Assembly: GCA_963805085.1 (NCBI GenBank)
Contig: CAWDTA010000002.1
Span: 1,920,001 to 1,984,000 of the forward strand
Length of the DNA stretch: 64,000 nucleotides
Reading direction: 5' to 3'
Origin: an uncultured Veillonellaceae bacterium
GTDB lineage: Bacteria > Bacillota > Negativicutes > JARBTT01
Shown: in pieces, positions 30,445 to 37,792 of the stretch
Position numbering within the stretch: position 1 is the first letter of the stretch
How the letters are laid out: each line of letters opens with the position of its first letter
Made by a program: the position numbers and the translations under genes
The notes under the pieces: generated by a model
Databases searched by the model: none
What the model saw: the letters and a program-made list of their open reading frames with translations, nothing else
What the model was told of the DNA's origin: nothing

Positions 30445-30750
30445 ATGAAAAAAACAGTAACACTTAAGTATAGTGAAGACGATATACTCGAAATTGTAAC
30501 AGAATATATGGCGGAAAAATATAAGTTCGGAGAGTATCGTTCTAAATCGATGATTTTTGGAACTCCTGGAAAAGATTTAAGATTAGTAGCTACCATTGGA
30601 GATTTAGACGATGAAAGTATTAGAGATAAAAATTTGGAAGAAGTTGATTTAAAAATTGATTATAATGGAGAACATTCAAAAATTAAAGGTATGGATAAAA
30701 ATGATTTATTAATGCTAAAAAATCGGATGAAAGATTTAAAAGAAATTTAG
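30445..30750 (+). CDS. Acidic hypothetical protein, possible orphan immunity protein
   Basis: GAGGAGG RBS; occupies the same position before the repeated terminator as the immunity gene in unit 1. Confidence 0.7.
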   Translation: MKKTVTLKYSEDDILEIVTEYMAEKYKFGEYRSKSMIFGTPGKDLRLVATIGDLDDESIRDKNLEEVDLKIDYNGEHSKIKGMDKNDLLMLKNRMKDLKEI

Positions 30751-30958
30751 GATAAGTGATATTTTTCAGTGTTTCAAAAATTCGAATATTGTCTATACAG
30801 GAGAAAATAGGTAAATAAAAACGAGGTCAGTGGACGTAAAAAATCCACTGACCTCGTTTTCATCTCAGGTGCTCTCTAGTGATACTTAATTAATAGGTAA
30901 TAAATTCCTACAAACAATACAATTTCAATTAATCTAGAAAATCTGAGTAACTCTGAAT

Positions 30959-31126
30959 TTAAAAAGACTTAGACTCATTACCTCCACAAAATGGACAACT
31001 ACCCCCATATCCATTACCAGAGCAATTAGAACAATAAGTACCACCACATTCTTTGCATTTCATCAAAGAACCCATACAAGGTGCATCACTACCACAATTC
31101 GGACATTTTCTCACAGTATCATACAT
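30959..31126 (-). CDS. 55-aa Cys-rich zinc-ribbon microprotein, copy 2
   Basis: Same protein as 28311-28478, with synonymous CCG/CCA, TCG/TCT (twice) and AAA/AAG changes. Confidence 0.85.
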   Translation of the reverse strand: MYDTVRKCPNCGSDAPCMGSLMKCKECGGTYCSNCSGNGYGGSCPFCGGNESKSF

Positions 31127-31233
31127 ATCAATAAAACCTCCTTTTTAATAAGAATAATTCTAATATATCAAGTATTGTTGTAAACGAAAACGTTAAAATT
31201 GATGTTGAATAAAATATCATCAATCTAGTTATA

Positions 31234-31260
31234 GACAGAAGGGACGTTCCTTTTTTGACA
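31234..31260 (-). repeat. REP-like motif upstream of RAYT copy 2
   Basis: Identical to 28586-28612. Confidence 0.8.
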
Positions 31261-31295
31261 ACAAGATGATATACTCGTTGTAAGAGGTGATAAAA

Positions 31296-32036
31296 ATGTC
31301 GAGAGAAGCAAGAAAATTAAGTAAAAGTGGATTTTATCATATAGTATTTCGAGGAATCAATCATCAAAATATCTTTGAAGAAGAACAAGATTTTGAATAT
31401 ATGCTAGAGATATTCAAAAAATTAAAACAAGAAATGCAGTTTGAAATACATGCATATTGCTTAATGACAAATCACGTACATATTTTATTAAAAGAAAGTC
31501 AAACAGGAGACATATCAACAATATTAAAAAGGTTACTAACAAAATATGTAATGAAATTTAATAAAAAATATCAAAGAAGCGGAGCTTTGATAGGAAGTAG
31601 ATATAAAAGTAAAGTGGTAGAAGTAGACGAATACTTTATTCCATTGATAGTATATATTCATCAAAACCCATTAAGAGCAGGAATCGTAAAAAAGCTAGAA
31701 AACTATAGATATAGTAGTTACTGTGAATATATAGGGAAAAGAAAATTTGTCGATGTAAAATTATCCTTAGAAATGTTAGGGAAAAAAGAATGGGTTAAAG
31801 CACATCAGCAATTGGTAGAAAATAAATTTCAAGTAGAAGGTCGTAAAAAGCTAAGTGAAGAAGAAATTCGGCAGAAAATCCTAAAAGATACGAATAATAT
31901 AGAACCGCAAGGAATAGGAACACTCGAAAAAACAGAAAGAGATAGAATACTACAAAAGTTAAAAAACTCGGGATTATCAATAAGAGAAATAGAACGAGCA
32001 ACAGGGATATCAAGAGGGATTGTAGCTAAAAGTTGA
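31296..32036 (+). CDS. REP-associated tyrosine transposase (RAYT), copy 2
   Basis: Protein identical to copy 1. Confidence 0.9.
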   Translation: MSREARKLSKSGFYHIVFRGINHQNIFEEEQDFEYMLEIFKKLKQEMQFEIHAYCLMTNHVHILLKESQTGDISTILKRLLTKYVMKFNKKYQRSGALIGSRYKSKVVEVDEYFIPLIVYIHQNPLRAGIVKKLENYRYSSYCEYIGKRKFVDVKLSLEMLGKKEWVKAHQQLVENKFQVEGRKKLSEEEIRQKILKDTNNIEPQGIGTLEKTERDRILQKLKNSGLSIREIERATGISRGIVAKS

Positions 32037-32123
32037 CGAAAAAGGAACGTCCCCTAGTGTCCTAGTGTCCCTAGTGTCCTAGTGTCCGAATTTTTGAAGC
32101 ACTGCAAACCGTCCCCTTGTCTT
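32034..32123 (+). repeat. REP-like motif with 4x tandem ctagtgtc(c) tail, plus a second REP-like motif
   Basis: aaaggaacgtccc(ctagtgtc[c])x4, then gcaaaccgtccccttgtctt at 32104-32123. Confidence 0.8.
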
Positions 32124-32129
32124 CGGTTT

Positions 32130-32167
32130 AAAAAGTCCTAAACCTTATCTGGCTTAGGACTTTTTTG
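32130..32167. terminator. Bidirectional terminator
   Basis: aaaaagtcctaaacc...ggcttaggacttttt. Confidence 0.7.
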
Positions 32168-32233
32168 TTACTGTATGATTTTTCCTGATAGCTATGTTTT
32201 TACTGCGTCTCAAGGGTACGTAACCAATGTACA

Positions 32234-32779
32234 TTATTGAACGGTAATGCTTGGATCCCAGTAGTAGTAACCCTGTAATTCCTGAGTCTCTCTGTTTTCA
32301 GCCAACTCATAGAGACCAAATTCCACATAAAAATCTTCTTTTCCAGCTTTTCTTACCTGTGAATCATAACTAATGAAATCTCCTTTAATGGTACTTGGAG
32401 GCAATCCATTTGAAGATTCAACATTTGGTGCTACCGCCTGTGCTCTCTCTACCAGATCAGTTGTAAAGTTGTTAAAGACTTGGTCTTTTTGCCAATGTTT
32501 AATTCCATAGACAATTACAGCGTCATCTGAGTTCCCGGATATTGAAGTACCCCTGAACGACACATGATCTCCAACATGGGCTTTAAAATTCAAATCGGCA
32601 GTTCCTTGTCCACTGACAACTTCACCGTTGCAAATCATGTACTGACGACTATGATCAATGCCGGTAGGCTTTACAGGGTCTTTGCTTGGGTTAGGATTAT
32701 GTGCTTTGACATAGTCGGTATCAATTACAATCATTACATTAACATTCTGATCATTTGATTTTTCATCCATATTAGGCAT
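32234..32779 (-). CDS. PixA/AidA inclusion-body family protein
   Basis: VMIVIDTD, PTGIDH, GQGTADL, VGDHVSFRGTSISGNSDDAVIVY and GYYYWDP motifs as recalled for this family. Confidence 0.82.
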   Translation of the reverse strand: MPNMDEKSNDQNVNVMIVIDTDYVKAHNPNPSKDPVKPTGIDHSRQYMICNGEVVSGQGTADLNFKAHVGDHVSFRGTSISGNSDDAVIVYGIKHWQKDQVFNNFTTDLVERAQAVAPNVESSNGLPPSTIKGDFISYDSQVRKAGKEDFYVEFGLYELAENRETQELQGYYYWDPSITVQ

Positions 32780-32982
32780 ATTAGTTTCTCCTATCTATTA
32801 AAAATTGTGTTTATCACATATTTATGGTGTGCAAAATTACGCTTTCTATGCGCATTGCTTATAAAAAAACATCAAAATTTAGAGGCTGATTACAAAAAAA
32901 TTTAACCATAAATACAAAGAATGCGCATACACACCCATCATCCACCTCCTTACAAGAGTGGGGATGATGGATGGTCTTAATT

Positions 32983-33519
32983 TCAGATTGAACGATTTAA
33001 TACCTGAACGGTAATGCCTAAATCCCAATAGTAGTACCCCTTCAGCTGCTGGGTCTGTCCGTCTTCAGCCAACTGATAGAGACCAAATTGGACATAGAAA
33101 ATTTCGCATCCAGCCCTTCTTACCTTTGAATTATAACTAATGAAATTTCTTCTAATGTTGCTTGGGGGTAACCCATTTTGAGTATCCATATTCGGGACTA
33201 CCGCATGTGCTCTCTCTACCAGTTCGGTTGTAAAGGAATCAAGGGCTGTGTCTCCTTGCCAATGTTCAATTCCATAGACGATTATAGCGTCATCTGAATT
33301 TCCGGATATAGAAGTCCCCCTGAACGATATATTATCTCCAATATAGGCTTCGAATTGCAAATCGGCAGTTCCTTGCCCACTGATAACACCTTGGGAACCA
33401 CCACAAATCATGAACTGACTATTATGATCAATGTTGGTAGGTTTTTTAGGGTTTATGCTTAGATTAGGATAATGTCTTTTGAGATAGTCGGTATCAATTA
33501 CAATCATTACATTAAACAT
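32983..33519 (-). CDS. PixA/AidA inclusion-body family paralog (ancestral start at 33551 is out of frame)
   Basis: Clear paralog of 32234-32779; 1-nt deletion between the conserved ATG-CCT start and the body. Confidence 0.75.
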   Translation of the reverse strand: MFNVMIVIDTDYLKRHYPNLSINPKKPTNIDHNSQFMICGGSQGVISGQGTADLQFEAYIGDNISFRGTSISGNSDDAIIVYGIEHWQGDTALDSFTTELVERAHAVVPNMDTQNGLPPSNIRRNFISYNSKVRRAGCEIFYVQFGLYQLAEDGQTQQLKGYYYWDLGITVQVLNRSI

Positions 33520-33636
33520 TGATTACTTGACCTTTCATCCATAGTAGGCATATTAGTTTTTCCTCTCTATTTAAAAATTTATATTTATCACATATTTATG
33601 GTGTGCAAAATTACGCTTTTTATGTGCACATTAGCT

Positions 33637-33661
33637 AGACGAGGTGACGGTTCTTTTTGTC
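33637..33661 (-). repeat. REP-like motif upstream of the RAYT remnant
   Basis: agacgaggtgacggttctttttgtc; reverse complement matches 19833-19848 at 15/16. Confidence 0.75.
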
Positions 33662-33702
33662 TTGACTAAATTAAATTGACATGATATTCTGAGGAAAAAG
33701 GA

Positions 33703-33870
33703 GTGGATAATCATGCCCATTTGCTATTGCAAGAAAGAGAAGAAGACATAGCAAATATAATGAAACGAATCAATATTAGCTATGTCTTTTACTTTAATAA
33801 GAAATATAAAAAGACAGGCCACCTATTTCAAGGTAGATATAGAAGCGAAAAAATAGAAGATGATAGCTAA
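33703..33870 (+). pseudogene. RAYT (HUH Y1 transposase) internal fragment
   Basis: Translates VDNHAHLLLQEREEDIANIMKRINISYVFYFNKKYKKTGHLFQGRYRSEKIEDDS*, with the HUH motif and GHLFQGRY; not in the ORF track. Confidence 0.85.
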
Positions 33871-33873
33871 CTA

Positions 33874-34373
33874 CAACAGAAACAATCGCAGGCTGGTACT
33901 ATGCAATCACAAACCAAACAACACCAACAGGACTCGTACTAACTAGACAAAACCTACCACAACTACAAGGCTCAAGCAAAGAAGCCTTAAAAGGTGGTTA
34001 TATACTACAAGATGCAAATAAAGCACAGGCCGATGCAATCATTATCGCAAGTGGCTCCGAAGTAGAACTAGCAGTTAATGCAAAAACAGAGCAAGCCAAA
34101 GAAAACATCGACGTAAGAGTCGTAAGTATGCCATCGATTGATCTATTTGAAGAGCAGTCAGAGGCATACAAAGAAAGTGTATTACCGAAAAGAGTAAGAG
34201 CCAGAGTAGCAGTAGAAGCAGGAGCAGACTTCGGCTGGGGTAAATACATTGGCCTCGATGGTAAAACAGTAACAATGCCAGGCTTCGGAGCATCCGCACC
34301 AGCAAGCATATTGTTCAAAAAATTTGGCTTTACAACTGAAAATGTCGTAAAAACAGTAAAAGAAGTACTATAA
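33874..34373 (+). pseudogene. tkt: Duplicated 3' fragment of transketolase (right direct repeat)
   Basis: About 20 substitutions versus 18743-19242 counted by eye, mostly synonymous; no 5' part. Confidence 0.92.
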
Positions 34374-34387
34374 GAATAAAATTGAGT

Positions 34388-34442
34388 AAAAACTCCTCCT
34401 ATGTTAGGTAAAATAACTAACATAGGAGGAGTTTTTTTTTTT
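34388..34442 (+). terminator. Intrinsic terminator after the tkt fragment
   Basis: aaaaactcctcctatgttag...ctaacataggaggagttttt. Confidence 0.85.
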
Positions 34443-34721
34443 GGAATGAAGGTAAAAATGGGAGTATTATATTTGGAAATGAGTATTCTACCTTCTGTTT
34501 TCATGATAATTGGTTCTATAATAAATGATCTTTGATAAGTATAAAGTAGAAAAAAATGAATATGTATATAAAGTAGAAAATGCTGAATAGGGATGTGGTT
34601 ATATTTTATAGAAAATAATAGACGGTTGATTGAGGATATATTAGGTGTTTGGATTACTAAGAAACGCTTAGTAAATAAAAAATAGAATTTAATATTTGAA
34701 AAAATAAGGTTGAGTGATGAT

Positions 34722-36317
34722 ATGAATGAGGGAAAAATTTGTTTTATCACCTGTGTAAATGATGAAATAAAATATCAAAAAATGCTAGGCTATCTTGCTA
34801 ATTTAGAAGTGCCAGCAGGTTTTGAAACTGAAGTCGTTACGATAAAAGAAATAAACGGTATGGCTGTAGGCTATAACCAGGGAATGCGATCAAGTGATGC
34901 AAAATATAAAGTGTATGTTACGCAAGATACTTTGATTACCAATAGATCTTTTATTCGTGATGTTATTAGAATTTTTAGTAAAGATAATACAATTGGGATG
35001 ATTGGCGTGTTGGGGACCGAAGTAATCCCAACTAGTGCAATTTGTCAAAAGGCGCAAAAGCGTATGGGGAGAATACAAGATATAAACACTGGAAAAATTC
35101 TATCATGGAAAAATCCTGAAGATTTGTATGAAAAAGTACAGGCCATAGATGGGTTTTTAATGATAACGCAATATGATATTTCTTGGCGAGAAGATATTTT
35201 TGCTGGAGAACACTTTTATGATTTAGCTCAAAGTGTAGAATTTACACGTAAGAAATATCAATTAGTTGTAGCAAGACAAGATGAGCCTTGGTGTATAACT
35301 AATTATAGTAATTTAAAAAATGATAGTTATGAAAAAGATAGAAATTTATTTTTAGATGAATATTCAAAAGATGTTTATCCATTGGTTAGTATATTAATAC
35401 CAACGTATAATAGACCAGCGTATTTTAAATTAGCATTAGAAAGCGCAATAAATCAGACCTATCGTAATATTGAAATTATTATTGGTGATGGCAGTAAAGA
35501 TAATCAGACAGAGAATTTGATACAGCCATATTTAAAAAATAGAAGGATAAAATATTTTCGGGATTCTTCTGATATTAATGTAGCGAGATGGAGAAAATTA
35601 GAAAACGATGCTGAAGGAGAGTATATAAGTTGGTTATTAGATGACGATATCATTCATAAGGACAAAATTAGTGTAATGGTGTCGTATTATTTAGAATATG
35701 AAAATATTGTTTTAGTAACTTCACATCGACAAATTATTGATGCAGCTGGAAATGAATGCAGGGATATAAAGGCGACACTTCCTATTTGTAAAACTACTTC
35801 AATTTTTTCAGGAGAAGAGATTGGAAAAAATCTTTTAATCGGTATGCTCAATTTTGTCGGAGAATTATCTACAGTTCTATTAAAAAAAGAATTTTTAACA
35901 AATGGGAAAAGGGCGAATTATTTTAAAAATGTCGAAAATGAATATAGCTGGAAATATATTGCTCTTGGAGACATTATAACTTGGCTAGATGTGTTACATA
36001 AAGGTAATGTCGTCTATATTTGTGATACTTTAAATTATTTTCGATTACATGGCGGGCAGTCGCAAAACGCTTTATTTGTTCAAGTATTAGGGCTAATCGA
36101 CTGGTTTCGACTTATGAATGATTCATATGAAGCAAAGCTATATTTAACAAATGAGGAAGATTTGTATAATGCATTGAATGTATGGCTGAGGAATACAGCT
36201 AGTTGTAAATTAAATATTGGACCTGATAATGTGAGGGAATTTGAGCATGTAAATGTTCTAAAAAAATATATAAAAGAAGCTGTAGAAAAATTTGCCGTTC
36301 ATAACAATAGAGGATAG
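34722..36317 (+). CDS. Two-domain glycosyltransferase (Glyco_tranf_2_5-like + GT2)
   Basis: KICFITCVND..AIDG..HFYD N-terminal domain; PLVSILIPTYNR and LDDDD GT2 domain. Confidence 0.88.
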   Translation: MNEGKICFITCVNDEIKYQKMLGYLANLEVPAGFETEVVTIKEINGMAVGYNQGMRSSDAKYKVYVTQDTLITNRSFIRDVIRIFSKDNTIGMIGVLGTEVIPTSAICQKAQKRMGRIQDINTGKILSWKNPEDLYEKVQAIDGFLMITQYDISWREDIFAGEHFYDLAQSVEFTRKKYQLVVARQDEPWCITNYSNLKNDSYEKDRNLFLDEYSKDVYPLVSILIPTYNRPAYFKLALESAINQTYRNIEIIIGDGSKDNQTENLIQPYLKNRRIKYFRDSSDINVARWRKLENDAEGEYISWLLDDDIIHKDKISVMVSYYLEYENIVLVTSHRQIIDAAGNECRDIKATLPICKTTSIFSGEEIGKNLLIGMLNFVGELSTVLLKKEFLTNGKRANYFKNVENEYSWKYIALGDIITWLDVLHKGNVVYICDTLNYFRLHGGQSQNALFVQVLGLIDWFRLMNDSYEAKLYLTNEEDLYNALNVWLRNTASCKLNIGPDNVREFEHVNVLKKYIKEAVEKFAVHNNRG

Positions 36318-36394
36318 ATATAGCATTCTAATATCTCAATCATATTAAAATGCTATATCGAATGTGATAAATTTGAATTTTGTGAGGGAAATAT

Positions 36395-37741
36395 ATGAGT
36401 AAACAAGAAAAAATATTGCGTCAACAAGCAATTGATGTGGCGATAAAATATTATGAATATAAGCATAAACCAGCGAAGGCATTTGCAGAGGGAGACTGTA
36501 TATTTTACGGTGGTCGTTTTTTTGATGAAAAAGAAATAAGTAATTTGGTGGATTCAGCTTTAGATTTTTGGCTGACTACGGGACGTTATGCAGGAAAGTT
36601 CGAGGAAGAATTCGCTGCGTTTTTAGGAGTAAAACATTGCTCATTGACGAATTCAGGATCATCAGCAAATCTTTTAGCATTTATGGCTTTAACTTCACAT
36701 AAATTAGGTGAAAAAAGAATTAAAAAAGGTGATGAGGTCATCACTGTTGCCGCAGGCTTTCCCACAACAGTTGCGCCAATTTTGCAATATGGGGCTATTC
36801 CTGTTTTTGTGGACGTAACCTTACCTAGCTATAATATAGATGTAAGTAAGTTAGAAGAAGCGTTAACGAATAAGACTAAAGCAGTCATGGTTGCACATAC
36901 ATTAGGTAATCCGTTTGATTTGCAAGCGGTAAAGTCGTTTTCTGATCAGCATAACTTATGGTTAATTGAGGATAATTGTGATGCATTAGGCAGTCAGTAT
37001 TTTATTGATGGTGAGTGGAAGTATACGGGAACGATAGGTCACATTGGTACATCAAGTTTTTATCCACCACATCATATTACTATGGGGGAAGGTGGTGCTG
37101 TGTATACAAGTGATACTATGCTAAAGAGATTAGTGGAATCCTTTCGCGATTGGGGGAGGGATTGTTGGTGTCAGTCTGGTCATGATGATACCTGCCAGCG
37201 TCGTTTTACACAGCAGTTTGGTGAATTGCCATTTGGATATGATCACAAATATGTATATTCACATTTAGGCTATAATTTAAAAATTACGGATATGCAAGCG
37301 GCAATTGGGTGCGCACAATTGGAAAAATTACCGGAATTTATCAAGGTTAGACGTAAAAACTGGCAATATCTCCGTGAAAATTTAGATGTTTTTAAAGATG
37401 TATTTTTGTTGCCGGAGCCACAGGAAAATTCGCAGCCAAGTTGGTTTGGATTTTTGATTACGGTAAAAGAAAATGCTGAATTTACTCGTGATGAAATTGT
37501 TCATTATTTAGAAAAAAATAAAATACAAACAAGAATGCTTTTTGCAGGAAATTTAATTAAGCATCCTTGTTTTGATGAAATGCGTATAAATGAACAAGGG
37601 TATCGTGTGGTTGGATCGTTAGCAAATACAGATCGAATTATGAATCATACATTTTGGATTGGGGTTTATCCAGGAATCACAATAGAAAAATTGGACTATA
37701 TGCTTGAAAAGATCAAAGAATTTTGTAAGGGAAAGCTATAG
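36395..37741 (+). CDS. rfbH: CDP-4-keto-6-deoxyglucose 3-dehydrase (E1, DdhC/RfbH)
   Basis: NSGSSANL, EDNCDALG, SFYPPHHITMGEGG (His in place of Lys), WGRDCWC..DTC, GYDHKY. Confidence 0.93.
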   Translation: MSKQEKILRQQAIDVAIKYYEYKHKPAKAFAEGDCIFYGGRFFDEKEISNLVDSALDFWLTTGRYAGKFEEEFAAFLGVKHCSLTNSGSSANLLAFMALTSHKLGEKRIKKGDEVITVAAGFPTTVAPILQYGAIPVFVDVTLPSYNIDVSKLEEALTNKTKAVMVAHTLGNPFDLQAVKSFSDQHNLWLIEDNCDALGSQYFIDGEWKYTGTIGHIGTSSFYPPHHITMGEGGAVYTSDTMLKRLVESFRDWGRDCWCQSGHDDTCQRRFTQQFGELPFGYDHKYVYSHLGYNLKITDMQAAIGCAQLEKLPEFIKVRRKNWQYLRENLDVFKDVFLLPEPQENSQPSWFGFLITVKENAEFTRDEIVHYLEKNKIQTRMLFAGNLIKHPCFDEMRINEQGYRVVGSLANTDRIMNHTFWIGVYPGITIEKLDYMLEKIKEFCKGKL

Positions 37742-37792
37742 TGTTTTTTTATTTAACTAAGCAATATGATCAGTAGAAAAGGGGGGTTGGTA

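Larger units (their letters stand above)
30822..32062 (+). repeat. ~1.24-kb direct repeat unit copy 2
   Basis: Matches 28174-29414. Confidence 0.93.

Noticed and set aside
32051-32087. Possible CRISPR array
   Set aside because: 8-9-bp units with no spacers and no cas genes; it is a REP tail expansion.
33998-34750. 250-aa minus-strand ORF
   Set aside because: Antisense shadow of the tkt fragment plus terminator and AT-rich DNA; the same peptide appears antisense to the real tkt (18867-19187).
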